Below, piece by piece: positions 37,771 to 46,927 of a stretch of 64,000 nt of DNA. How positions within the stretch are numbered: position 1 is the stretch's first letter; each line of letters opens with the position of its first letter. Source of the DNA: Acidimicrobiales bacterium (GTDB lineage Bacteria > Actinomycetota > Acidimicrobiia > Acidimicrobiales > Bog-793); the NCBI GenBank assembly GCA_035294725.1, contig DATGKK010000019.1:594-64593 (forward strand), read 5' to 3'. Made by a program: the position numbers and the translations under genes. A model generated the notes under the pieces. That model did no database searches, had not been told where the DNA came from, and saw only the letters and a program-made list of their open reading frames with translations.

Positions 37771-38748
37771 GTGGCCATGGAGTACGTGAAGCTGGGGAAC
37801 AGCGGGCTCGAGGTCTCGAGGATCTGTCTCGGGTGCATGAGCTTCGGAGAGCCGTCGCGCGGGAACCACCCCTGGAGCCTGGGCGAGGCCGACGCGCTGC
37901 CGATCATCCGCGAGGCGCTCGAGTCGGGCATCAATTTCCTCGACACCGCCAACGTCTACTCGGACGGCTCGAGCGAGGAGATCGTGGGGACGGCGCTGCG
38001 CAAGTGGGGGCACCGCGACGAGATCGTGGTGGCGACGAAGGTGCACGGCCGCATGCACCCGGGACCGAACGGTGGCGGGCTGTCGCGAAAGGCGATCCTC
38101 GCCGAGATCGACCACAGCCTCGCCCGGCTCGGCCTCGACTACGTCGACCTCTACCAGATCCACCGGTTCGACCCCACAACACCGGTCGAGGAGACCGTGG
38201 CCGCCCTCGATGACGTCGTGAGGGCCGGCAAGGCCCGCTACGTGGGGGCCTCCTCGATGTACGCCTGGCAGTTCCACAAGATGCTCGTCGCCCAGCGCGA
38301 CGGAGGTCACGCCCGCTTCGTCAGCATGCAGGACCACTACAACCTCCTCTACCGGGAGGAGGAGCGCGAGATGCTCCCGCTCTGTGCCGACCAGGGTGTC
38401 GGCGCGATCCCGTGGAGCCCGCTCGCCCGCGGGCGGCTCACCCGTGACTGGGACGAGCAGACCGCCCGGAGCGAGACGGACGAGTTCGGCCGCCGCCTGT
38501 ACCGTGCCGGTGATCGCGCGATCGTCGACGCTGTGGCGGAGGTTGCCGCTGCGCGCCGTGTGCCCCGAGCCCAGGTGGCGCTCGCCTGGCTCCTCGCGAA
38601 GCCGGTCGTGAGCGCGCCGATCGTCGGCGTCACGAAGCCGGAGCACCTCGCCGACGCCGTCGGCTCGCTCCTTTTGAGGCTCGAGCCTGACGAGGTGCGC
38701 CGCCTCGAGGAGCCGTACGAGCCGCATCCGGTGGCCGGCCACTCCTGA
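37771..38748 (+). CDS. Aldo/keto reductase
   Basis: [68 protein letters not shown]. Confidence 0.9.
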   Translation: MAMEYVKLGNSGLEVSRICLGCMSFGEPSRGNHPWSLGEADALPIIREALESGINFLDTANVYSDGSSEEIVGTALRKWGHRDEIVVATKVHGRMHPGPNGGGLSRKAILAEIDHSLARLGLDYVDLYQIHRFDPTTPVEETVAALDDVVRAGKARYVGASSMYAWQFHKMLVAQRDGGHARFVSMQDHYNLLYREEEREMLPLCADQGVGAIPWSPLARGRLTRDWDEQTARSETDEFGRRLYRAGDRAIVDAVAEVAAARRVPRAQVALAWLLAKPVVSAPIVGVTKPEHLADAVGSLLLRLEPDEVRRLEEPYEPHPVAGHS

Positions 38749-38884
38749 GCCGCGATCCCGGGCTCGCCGGCCCGACGTCCGGCGCCCGCGCGATGAGTTC
38801 TCCCGCCGGTGGACGTCAGTACCACCGTCTGGTTACATGAGCGGCGCGCCGCCCCTCTCGTGGGTGCGCGCCGAGGAGGTGGCG

Positions 38885-40000
38885 ATGAGCAGCGTGCGGC
38901 TTCTCGTGGGGACGAAGAAGGGGGCCTTCGTGCTCACCTCTGACGGCGCCCGGAGGGACTGGTCGATCGAGGGCCCGTACTTCCCCGGTTGGGAGATGTA
39001 CCACCTGAAGGGCTCTCCGGCCGACCCCGACCGCATCTACGCCTCGCAGTCGACGGGATGGTTCGGCCAGCTCGTCCAGCGATCCGACGACGGGGGCACG
39101 AGCTGGGAGCCGGTCGGGAACGAGTTCCCCTACGAGGGCGTCCCGGGCACCCACCAGTGGTACGACGGCACCCCGCATCCCTGGGAGTTCGCCAGGGTGT
39201 GGCATCTCGAGCCCTCACTCGACGACCCGGACACCGTCTACGCGGGCGTCGAGGACGCCGCGATGTTCAAGTCCACCGATGGCGGTCGCACCTGGGGAGA
39301 GCTCGCCGGCCTGCGCGGCCACGGCTCGGGCCCGAACTGGCAGCCCGGCGCGGGCGGTATGTGCCTTCACACCATCCTCCTCGATCCGAGCGACCCGAGC
39401 CGGATCTTCGCCGCGATCTCTGCTGCCGGCGCGTTCCGGTCGAGCGACGGCGGCGAGTCCTGGACGCCGATCAACAAAGGGTTGCGCTCTGAGCAGCTGC
39501 CCGATGAGGACGCCGAAGTGGGCCACTGCGTCCACCGGATCGCGATGCACCCCTCGGCGCCCCATGTGCTGTTCATGCAAAAGCACTGGGACGTGATGCG
39601 CAGCGACGACGGTGGCGACTCGTGGTACGAGGTGAGCGGCGACCTGCCCAGCGACTTCGGCTTCCCGATCGACGTCCACGCCCACGAGCCCGAGACGATC
39701 TACGTCGTGCCGATCACGAGCGACTCCCACCACTTCCCACCCGAGGGTCGCCTCCGGGTCTACCGGAGCCGCACCGGCGGCAACGAGTGGGAGCCCCTCA
39801 CCAAGGGCCTCCCCCAGCAGCACTGCTATGTGAACGTGCTGAGGGACGCGATGTCGATCGACCGTCTCGAGCCCTGCGGCGTGTACTTCGGCACCACCGG
39901 TGGCCAGGTGTACGCCTCGGCGAACGAGGGCGACACCTGGGAATCGGTGGCTCGGGATCTTCCCGCCGTTTACTCGGTCGAGGTGCAGACGCTGCCGTGA
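38885..40000 (+). CDS. BNR/Asp-box repeat beta-propeller protein (sialidase-like fold), function unknown
   Basis: Six Asp-box-like motifs: [50 protein letters not shown] 38885 is preceded by GAGGAGGTG. The ORF-track start is 38837. Confidence 0.78.
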   Translation: MSSVRLLVGTKKGAFVLTSDGARRDWSIEGPYFPGWEMYHLKGSPADPDRIYASQSTGWFGQLVQRSDDGGTSWEPVGNEFPYEGVPGTHQWYDGTPHPWEFARVWHLEPSLDDPDTVYAGVEDAAMFKSTDGGRTWGELAGLRGHGSGPNWQPGAGGMCLHTILLDPSDPSRIFAAISAAGAFRSSDGGESWTPINKGLRSEQLPDEDAEVGHCVHRIAMHPSAPHVLFMQKHWDVMRSDDGGDSWYEVSGDLPSDFGFPIDVHAHEPETIYVVPITSDSHHFPPEGRLRVYRSRTGGNEWEPLTKGLPQQHCYVNVLRDAMSIDRLEPCGVYFGTTGGQVYASANEGDTWESVARDLPAVYSVEVQTLP

Positions 40001-40314
40001 CCTCCACGCCGGCCGCGGTCGTGCGCATCGTGCTCCCGGCGCATCTGAAGACCCTTGCCGGTCTGTCGGGAGAGACGCAGCTCGAGGTCGCCCGCCCGGT
40101 CACGCAGCGGGCGGTCATCGACGCGATCGAGGACACCTACCCTGTGCTGCGCGGGACGATCCGTGACCTCGCGACGATGGAGCGAAGGAAGTTCGTCCGC
40201 TTTTTCGCCTGCGGCGAGGACCTCTCGCACGAGCCACCCGACGCGCCGCTTCCCGAGGCCGTCGCCGCCGGTCACGAGCCGTTCGTCGTCATCGGCGCCA
40301 TGGCGGGCGGTTAG
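39997..40314 (+). CDS. MoaD/ThiS-family beta-grasp protein ending in Gly-Gly
   Basis: The GTG overlaps the BNR stop (GTGA at 39997-40000). 105 aa: [23 protein letters not shown]...[11 protein letters not shown]...[11 protein letters not shown]-stop. The ORF-track start (39622) lies inside the BNR gene and is rejected. Confidence 0.75.
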   Translation: MTSTPAAVVRIVLPAHLKTLAGLSGETQLEVARPVTQRAVIDAIEDTYPVLRGTIRDLATMERRKFVRFFACGEDLSHEPPDAPLPEAVAAGHEPFVVIGAMAGG

Positions 40315-41306
40315 GAGCCGATCAGCCCGGCGACCTCTTTGAACAGCGACGCGACGGCCTCCCCGTCCACGTCGAGGAGCCGCCGTCCTGCTGCGGCGTC
40401 GCCGTGCGGGCGGACGACTCCCGCCTCGCGGAGCATCTTCACGTGGTTGCTGACCGTCGGCTGCGCGACGCCCACGGCGTCGGCGAGCTCGCCGATCGTC
40501 CGGGGCTGCTCCCCGAGGAGCTGCAGGAGCGTGAGCCTGGTCGGGTCCGAGAGCGCCTTCAGCCGCCGGGCGAGCCGGGCTGAGAGGTCCCGCTCGAGCG
40601 ATGCCCGGTCCTTCACGCTCATCCCGAACAGCTCCGTGCTCGGAAGGTCGATCTCGAACGAGCCGCCGTACGCGCAGACGGCGACCGTGGCCACCTTGCG
40701 CTCGCGGGCCCGCTCCCAGCCGGCGTCGAGGATCTCGCTCGAGGTGCTCGCGCTCTGCAGCACCGCCTGCCAGGGCTCGCCCCGGGCAGCCCGCGCTTCG
40801 CACTGAGCGATCGCCGGTCGCACGAGCGACGTCACCTTCGTCGTCCAGTCGTCGTGGTAGCACCTCCAGAGGTCCGCGATCATCCGGAGGTAGCGGCGGC
40901 GGACAGCGCGGTCTGCCCGCAGGCGGCCGAGGCGCTTCGTGATCGCCGCCCGGTCCTGCTCCGGCTCGGACCTGAGCGGCGGGTCGAGCGGCACGAGGTC
41001 GCAGGCGGCCTCCCAACTCTCGACGAGCGACTCCGGCGTGAGGTCGCCGAGCAGGTTCCCGGCCGTATCGGCGAGCAGGAACAGCTCCCAGAACAGGATG
41101 CGGTCCTCCCAGAAGGCGCCCACCTGGCGGGCGAGCATGCGCGGCACCTCCCGCCCCGCGACGACGAGGCTCGCGCCTCGCCGGCGACCCGGCTCGGGCT
41201 CGGCGAGCTGCCGGCTGATGCCGCTCGTGAGGAAGAGCAGCTCCGCCGGGACCGACGTGCCGAAGGTGAGGCGTAGCTCCGGACCCGTCTCCGAGGTCAG
41301 TGGCAT
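40311..41306 (-). CDS. ArsR-type HTH regulator with a long N-terminal domain (DUF5937-like)
   Basis: C-terminal [53 protein letters not shown] at 41306 gives [16 protein letters not shown]. The upstream 73 codons of the ORF track are low-quality. Confidence 0.78.
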   Translation of the reverse strand: MPLTSETGPELRLTFGTSVPAELLFLTSGISRQLAEPEPGRRRGASLVVAGREVPRMLARQVGAFWEDRILFWELFLLADTAGNLLGDLTPESLVESWEAACDLVPLDPPLRSEPEQDRAAITKRLGRLRADRAVRRRYLRMIADLWRCYHDDWTTKVTSLVRPAIAQCEARAARGEPWQAVLQSASTSSEILDAGWERARERKVATVAVCAYGGSFEIDLPSTELFGMSVKDRASLERDLSARLARRLKALSDPTRLTLLQLLGEQPRTIGELADAVGVAQPTVSNHVKMLREAGVVRPHGDAAAGRRLLDVDGEAVASLFKEVAGLIGS

Positions 41307-41318
41307 AGTTTTTAGGCT

Positions 41319-41336
41319 ATATGACGTTATGCATAT
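41319..41336. promoter_or_regulatory. Inverted repeat ATATG-N8-CATAT in an AT-rich divergent promoter (candidate ArsR operator)
   Basis: ATATGACGTTATGCATAT sits inside the unusually AT-rich stretch AGTTTTTAGGCTATATGACGTTATGCATATGTGC, directly upstream of the regulator's start. Confidence 0.4.
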
Positions 41337-41415
41337 GTGCAACGAAGAGGGTGCTATGATCTGGAGCGGAAACGGATCAGAGCACGAGTGAGCCGAGACG
41401 AAGGAGGTGAAGGAC

Positions 41416-41586
41416 ATGAGCACCCGGTACCTGGACCAGGTCGCGTGGCGGCGTGTCGACGAGGCACGCGAGCAGGCTTCGCGCGCGTCCCGCACCGCCG
41501 AGAGCGGCCGGCGCCGGTCGGACACCTCCCGCGTGGCGCGCCTTGCCGCGCGGGTCGCGGCCCGGCGCGAGCGAGTGGCCGCCTGA
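41416..41586 (+). CDS. Small Arg-rich helical protein (56 aa), function unknown
   Basis: Below the ORF-track cutoff. ATG 41416 lies 6 nt after GAAGGAGGTGA. It encodes [56 protein letters not shown]-stop (TGA 41584-41586). Only about 5 of 56 third positions are A/T, as in real genes here. Confidence 0.55.
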   Translation: MSTRYLDQVAWRRVDEAREQASRASRTAESGRRRSDTSRVARLAARVAARRERVAA

Positions 41587-41687
41587 GCAACCCAGCTGCA
41601 GGCTGGCTGGATCTTCGAGAGTCGCTGTCACGCCGGAGCTGCCGCCCATCACGGGACGGCACCTCCGGCGTCGGCGTATCGTCGGAC

Positions 41688-43304
41688 ATGACCTCGGTCC
41701 CTGAGGAGCGCTACACCGTCGCCGGGATGCTGCGCGCGTTCGCGTCCGCGCAGCCGGAGTCCGAGATGCTCTGCGCCGGCGAGGAGCGCCGCAGTTTCGG
41801 AGCCCACTACGAACGTGCCTGCCGGGTCGCCGGCGCTCTCGCTCGCGAGGGGGTCGGGCGGGGCGACCGCGTCGCCTTCCTCGACCGCAACGGGCTCGCC
41901 TACTTCGACGTCCTGTTCGGAGGGGCGCTGGCCGGTGCCGTCGACGTGGCGGTCAACTGGCGGCTCGCGCCCGTCGAGATGGCAGCCGTCATCGACGACT
42001 CCCGGGCGCCGGTTCTTCTCCTGCACCCCGACTACCTTGCCGCGCTCGAGCGGATGGGCAGCCTGCCCGCCCTGCAGCGGATCGTCCTGCTCCCCGGTGA
42101 GGGACCGTCGGCGCCGGAGGCCGCCCGTCTCGATCGGCGCATCGTCGCCTACGAGGAATGGCTCGACGCGAGCGGGCCGGTGCCGCCGGACCCGGGTTTC
42201 GTCGCCGCTCCCGACGACGTCGTCATGCAGCTGTACACCTCCGGGACGACCGGCCTCCCGAAGGGGGTGATGCTCACGAACGCCAACCTCGCCACCGCGA
42301 TCCGGCAGGCCGGCGAGACCTTCAGAGTCGGGCCGGACACTGTCAGCCTCGTCGCGATGCCGCTGTTCCACATCGGAGGATCGGGATGGGCGCTCCTTGG
42401 CATGTCCCGCGGCGGTCGCTCGGTGATCCTTCGCGACGTCGACCCGGCCGAGCTGCTCGCGCTCGTGGAGCGGGAGGGCGTGACCGAGACCTTCCTCGTG
42501 CCGGCCGTCCTCATGGCGCTGCTCCAGTCGCCCCGGATCTCCTCGAGCGACCTGTCGAGCCTGAGGAACATCTTCTACGGAGCCTCGCCGATCTCCGAGG
42601 ACGTCCTGGTCCGCTGCCTCGAGGTGTTCCAGTGCAAGTTCACCCAGGTCTACGGTCTTACCGAGACCACCGGCGCGATCACGGCGCTCGGCCCCGAGGA
42701 CCACGACCCGACCGGGCCCCGTCGCTACCTGCTGCGGTCGGCCGGCAAGCCGTACCCCTTCGTAGAGCTGCGCGTGGTCGCTCCCGAGACGGGTGAACCG
42801 GCGGCGACGGGCGAGCTCGGCGAGATCGAGACCCGCTCGCCGCTCAACATGCTCGGCTACTGGGGGCGCCCCGAGGAGACGGCGAAGGTCCTGTCCGCCG
42901 AGGGCTGGTTCCGCACGGGCGACGCCGGCTACCTCGACGAAGACGGCTACCTGTTCCTCTACGACCGGATCAAGGACATGATCGTCTCCGGCGGGGAGAA
43001 CGTCTACCCGGCCGAGGTGGAGAACGTGCTGCTCGCACACCCGGCAATCGTCGACGCAGCCGTGATCGGCGTGCCGGACGAGCGCTGGGGAGAGGCGGTG
43101 AAGGCGATCGTCGTGACGGCGCCGGGGACGGCGCCGCCGCCGGCGACCGAGGTCATCGCCTTTTGCCGCGAGCGCCTGGCCGGTTACAAGTGCCCGAAGT
43201 CCGTCGACTACGCGAGCTCGCTGCCCCGGAACCCCTCCGGGAAGATCCTGAAGCGGGAGCTTCGCGCGCCCTTCTGGGAGGGCCGGAGCCGGCAGATCGG
43301 CTGA
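41688..43304 (+). CDS. Acyl-CoA synthetase / AMP-dependent ligase (FadD-like)
   Basis: [76 protein letters not shown] at 41688. Confidence 0.9.
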   Translation: MTSVPEERYTVAGMLRAFASAQPESEMLCAGEERRSFGAHYERACRVAGALAREGVGRGDRVAFLDRNGLAYFDVLFGGALAGAVDVAVNWRLAPVEMAAVIDDSRAPVLLLHPDYLAALERMGSLPALQRIVLLPGEGPSAPEAARLDRRIVAYEEWLDASGPVPPDPGFVAAPDDVVMQLYTSGTTGLPKGVMLTNANLATAIRQAGETFRVGPDTVSLVAMPLFHIGGSGWALLGMSRGGRSVILRDVDPAELLALVEREGVTETFLVPAVLMALLQSPRISSSDLSSLRNIFYGASPISEDVLVRCLEVFQCKFTQVYGLTETTGAITALGPEDHDPTGPRRYLLRSAGKPYPFVELRVVAPETGEPAATGELGEIETRSPLNMLGYWGRPEETAKVLSAEGWFRTGDAGYLDEDGYLFLYDRIKDMIVSGGENVYPAEVENVLLAHPAIVDAAVIGVPDERWGEAVKAIVVTAPGTAPPPATEVIAFCRERLAGYKCPKSVDYASSLPRNPSGKILKRELRAPFWEGRSRQIG

Positions 43305-43807
43305 TGGTCGACGTCGAGGTGTTCAAGGCGGCACTCGGCTCGTTCGCGACCGGGGTGGCGGTCGTGGCGGCCGTCGACGCGGCCGGACCTGTCGGGTTCA
43401 CCTGCCAGAGCGTGGTCTCGCTCTCGCTCGAACCACCCCTCGTGGCACTGGCACCGTCGAAGGCCTCGACGAGCTGGCCTCGCATCGCCGGGGCAGGCAG
43501 CTTCTGCATCAACGTGCTGAGCGAGTCCCAAGAGGAGCTCGGTCGGCGCTTCGCCGTCACGGGCGGGGACAAGTTCGCCGGCGTCGCATGGACGCCCGCA
43601 CCGAGCGGAGCCCCCCGCCTCGAAGGAGTGCTGGCATGGGTGGACTGCCGGCTCGAGCTTGTGCACGACGCCGGCGACCATGAGATCGTGCTGGGCCGTG
43701 TGCTCGACCTTGGCGTCGACGACGACGGCGGCGGGCCGCTGCTGTTCTACCGGGCCGAGTTCCGCCGCCTCGATCCCGCGCCTGGCACCCCGACCCTTCG
43801 AGGCTGA
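43304..43807 (+). CDS. Flavin reductase-like domain protein
   Basis: The ATG overlaps the upstream stop (TGATG). FKAALGSFATGVAVVAA, FTCQSVVSLSLEPPLV, FCINVLSESQEEL. Confidence 0.85.
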   Translation: MVDVEVFKAALGSFATGVAVVAAVDAAGPVGFTCQSVVSLSLEPPLVALAPSKASTSWPRIAGAGSFCINVLSESQEELGRRFAVTGGDKFAGVAWTPAPSGAPRLEGVLAWVDCRLELVHDAGDHEIVLGRVLDLGVDDDGGGPLLFYRAEFRRLDPAPGTPTLRG

Positions 43808-43894
43808 CGCGGGGGCAACGGCGGCGGCGTCGGGACTTGCGCCGTCCAGCATGTGCTGTGCGACGTCGGAGCGTGGGCGCCGGCGAGGCCAACC

Positions 43895-44737
43895 TCAGCC
43901 CAGGGCCGAGAGGATCATGGCACCGACGGTGGCCGGGCCCTGCAGCGGTCCGAAGTGGCCGAGGAGAGGGTGGCGCTCCAGGCGGCCGTTGGGAAGGGCG
44001 CTTGAGATGGCGGGTCCGTAGCTGGCAGGCGTCCAGCCCCTCTCCGTCGTCCCGACGGCGACGGTGACCGGCGTGCGCACCTCGTGCAGCTGATCGACGG
44101 TGGGCTTGCCGGCCGCCTCGAAGGTGGCGGCCTCCGACTCCGGCGCGCACTTGAGCCGGGCAGAGCCGTCGGGGAGCTCCTCCATCCCGTGCTCGACGTA
44201 GGCGGCGAGGGCGCCGGCCTGGAGCACGTTCAACGGCGGTCGGCTCGCGTAGCGGTAGAGGGCCTCGGCCTTGGAGGGGAAGCTCGCGCGCCGCTTCCGC
44301 GCGATCTCCGCAAGGGGCACCGAGCCGGCGGCCGTGGGGTCGCCACCCGGCAGGACGATCGGCTCGAACAGATGAGCCGCCCGGAGCAGGCCGGGAGAGC
44401 GGAGCTCGGCGAGCAGGAGCGCGGCACCCCCCATCGAGTGCCCGAAGCCAACCACGGGAGGACCGGCCGCCACGGCTCCGAGCGCGGCGAGGAGGTCGTC
44501 GGCCATGGCTCCCCAGTCGAAGTTGCCGTTGGCAGGGAGGCTCGAGTCGCCATGCCCGCGAAAGTCGAGCGCGACCACGTGGAATCGGCCGGTGAGCTCT
44601 GCCGCGAGCGGCTCGTAGGCCCGGCCGCAGAAGCCGGTGGCGTGGCACACCACGAGCACCTCGTCGCCCTCGCCTCCGAGGTCGTGGACCGCGATCGTCA
44701 CGCCGTCCGAGGACGGCACGTTCGCCGTCGCCGGCAC
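43895..44737 (-). CDS. Alpha/beta hydrolase
   Basis: VVCHATGFCG, DFRGHGDS, nucleophile elbow GHSMGG, C-terminal His block LLGHFGP. GTG 44737 lies 3 nt after the MFS stop. The 826-aa ORF-track entry is a read-through artefact. Confidence 0.8.
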   Translation of the reverse strand: MPATANVPSSDGVTIAVHDLGGEGDEVLVVCHATGFCGRAYEPLAAELTGRFHVVALDFRGHGDSSLPANGNFDWGAMADDLLAALGAVAAGPPVVGFGHSMGGAALLLAELRSPGLLRAAHLFEPIVLPGGDPTAAGSVPLAEIARKRRASFPSKAEALYRYASRPPLNVLQAGALAAYVEHGMEELPDGSARLKCAPESEAATFEAAGKPTVDQLHEVRTPVTVAVGTTERGWTPASYGPAISSALPNGRLERHPLLGHFGPLQGPATVGAMILSALG

Positions 44738-44739
44738 GC

Positions 44740-46011
44740 TCAGCGAGTCCCCACCGTGCTTGGCAGCGGCTCGTCCGAGCAGGGCTCGGGGCGCAGGTGC
44801 TGCTCCTTCCGGGTGAGGAGGTAGGCAGCCGAGGCGGCCAGCACGAGGGCGACCACCCCGAGCAGGATGCGGTACTCGACGACCCCGACCAGGGCGGCGC
44901 CGAGGCCGATGGAGAGCGTCTGCGGCATGGACAGCACGGTATCGGCGGCCGAGTACACCCTGCCCTGGAGCTCGGCGGGCGTGCGGAGCTGGAGGAGGGT
45001 GAAGATCCCGACCACGACGAGGGGCAGCGCGAGCCCGAGCAGCACGGTTCCGGCGACGACGAGGGGGAGGGAAGGGGGGATCATGAGCGTCGTCGCCCCG
45101 GCCATCAACCCGATGCCCCCTCCGACGACGATCCCGGGTTGGATCCGGCGCATGAGGGGTGCGGCCGCGGGGCCACCGACGATCGCGCCAGCCCCCTGGC
45201 AGGCGAGGAGCACGCCGAGGAAGGTTGGGGGACGATGGAGGCCGTCCGCCACGATGGCGAACGTGACCGACTCGAAGAAGCCGACCACGACGAGGGCGAT
45301 CGCGGTGCCGGCCATCAGCTGGCGCAGCACGACGGTGCGCCAGAGGTGGCGGGCTCCGGCGGAGATCTCCTCCCACCATGGGCCGAGCGTGATCTGGCGT
45401 GCGCGCTCGCGTCCCCCGGCACGGGCGAGGCGCCGCTCTGGCGGCCGTTCCTCGACGCGGACGAACACCAGGCTGGCGAGAGCGATGACGAAGCTGGCCG
45501 CGTCGATGAGGGCGATCACGTGGCCGCCGACGGCGGCGAACAGCCCGGCGCCGACGAGCGGTGCCACGAGCCGGAGCGCCTCCCGGAGGGTCTGGAGGGC
45601 GCCGTTGGCGTCGCCGAGCTGCTCCTCGGGCAGCATCACCTTGAGCAGAGCCGACTGTCCCGACCCGAGGAAGGCGTAGGAGACGCCGTAGAGGGACATG
45701 ACGAGATAGATCAGCCACACCTGGCTCCGTCCGCTCACCCCGAACAGGGCGAGGACGAGCCCTGCGGAGAGAGCATTCGTGAGCATGAGGAGGGGCCGCC
45801 GCCGCACTCGGTCGACGATCATCCCGGCGAAGGGGGAGACGACGGACGAGAGGCTGAAGAAGAAGAACGTGAGCCCGGCGTCGGCTGCGCTGCCGGTCAG
45901 CTCCTTCACCCAGATCGCGAGCGCGAGCCAGAGCGAGCTGTCGCCGAGCAGGCTGAACGCCTGGCCGATGAGATAGGCGCGCGCGTTCCGGTCGCGAAGA
46001 AGCCGTCGCAT
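44740..46011 (-). CDS. MFS transporter (EntS/MFS_3-like)
   Basis: 423 aa with about 12 hydrophobic spans. N-terminus LLRDRNARAYLIGQAFSLLGDSSLWLALAIWV...MIVDRVRRRPLL. Confidence 0.85.
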   Translation of the reverse strand: MRRLLRDRNARAYLIGQAFSLLGDSSLWLALAIWVKELTGSAADAGLTFFFFSLSSVVSPFAGMIVDRVRRRPLLMLTNALSAGLVLALFGVSGRSQVWLIYLVMSLYGVSYAFLGSGQSALLKVMLPEEQLGDANGALQTLREALRLVAPLVGAGLFAAVGGHVIALIDAASFVIALASLVFVRVEERPPERRLARAGGRERARQITLGPWWEEISAGARHLWRTVVLRQLMAGTAIALVVVGFFESVTFAIVADGLHRPPTFLGVLLACQGAGAIVGGPAAAPLMRRIQPGIVVGGGIGLMAGATTLMIPPSLPLVVAGTVLLGLALPLVVVGIFTLLQLRTPAELQGRVYSAADTVLSMPQTLSIGLGAALVGVVEYRILLGVVALVLAASAAYLLTRKEQHLRPEPCSDEPLPSTVGTR

Positions 46012-46029
46012 TGAGGGCCTCCGGGAGGG

Positions 46030-46710
46030 CTACAGGGAGTGGGCGTCGACGATCGGATGGACGAGGAGCACGGCCTCGACCGGCCGGCTCCCTTCCGGCC
46101 GAGCCGCCGGGTCGGCCCTCCGGGGTTCGTAGCGCCTGAGGATCGCGGCGACCTGCTCGCGCACCTCCACCGCCTCCTCTTTGGTGAGGAAGACGGCGCT
46201 CTCCGAGGTGCCGGTTGCGTGCGCCCACTCCGGGTCGAGATGCTGCACCTGCTGCCAGCTCCGGTAACGGGCGAGCCACCGCTCGAGGAGCATGTTGGAG
46301 AGCTCGCTCGCGGCGACGGACTGCTCTTCGTCGCCGATGCCCGAGAAGCTGAGCCCCCGGTCCACGAGCTTCCACGGCCGCCTGCGGCCGGCGCCGCGGC
46401 CCGCCTCCTCGACGAAGCCGTACTTCGCGAGCTGGCGGAGGTGGAACGAGCAGGTGGTCGGCGACTCGCCGATGCGCTCGCCCGCCTCGGTCGCCGTCAT
46501 GGGACCCTCGAGCGAGAGGAGCTCGAGCAGGGCGAGGCGTACCGGATGCGTGAGCGCCCGCATCTCCTGGGCGGCGGTGAGCTCGCGGATCCCGTCGCCA
46601 CCGGTGCGGCGCTCACTTGGAGAGGCATTCTCTCCCGCGGGAGTGTCCCTCCTTTCTTCTCCTGCCGGGTCCGGCAGGGCGGCAGGCGTCGCCGTCGTCG
46701 CCGGGCTCAT
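46030..46710 (-). CDS. ArsR/HTH_20-type winged-helix regulator (first gene of the regulator-MFS-hydrolase operon)
   Basis: MRALTHPVRLALLELLSLEGPMTATEAGERIGESPTTCSFHLRQLAKYGFVEE. Confidence 0.78.
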   Translation of the reverse strand: MSPATTATPAALPDPAGEERRDTPAGENASPSERRTGGDGIRELTAAQEMRALTHPVRLALLELLSLEGPMTATEAGERIGESPTTCSFHLRQLAKYGFVEEAGRGAGRRRPWKLVDRGLSFSGIGDEEQSVAASELSNMLLERWLARYRSWQQVQHLDPEWAHATGTSESAVFLTKEEAVEVREQVAAILRRYEPRRADPAARPEGSRPVEAVLLVHPIVDAHSL

Positions 46711-46845
46711 CTCGGGAAGTGGACCTGGCGGGGGTAGAGCTCGGACGGGCCGAGGAGGGGCTGGTGCTCCCGGCGGGCGTGCCGCTCGACGGCTCGCCGG
46801 ACGCTGCGGGACCTCATGTGCTCGCGGACCTTGTTCAGTGCCATA

Positions 46846-46922
46846 TTCGAGAGTTTACTATCGAGAGAGTCTTTGTCAAGAGGATCCTATCGAGAACTAT
46901 CAGTCGACATAGTGCTCTCGAT
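46846..46922. promoter_or_regulatory. Repeated (C)TATCGAGAG/A motif upstream of the ArsR-MFS-hydrolase operon
   Basis: TTCGAGAG 46846-46853, CTATCGAGAG 46858-46867, CTATCGAGAA 46887-46896 (direct, 29-bp spacing) and inverted CTCTCGAT 46915-46922, all within a locally AT-richer segment. Confidence 0.4.
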
Positions 46923-46927
46923 CGCCC

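Noticed and set aside
43895-46375. 826-aa minus-strand ORF suggesting a giant protein
   Set aside because: Only the last ~280 aa (43895-44737) look like a real alpha/beta hydrolase. The upstream part overlaps the MFS transporter and ArsR genes in a different frame and is Arg/Pro-rich nonsense.
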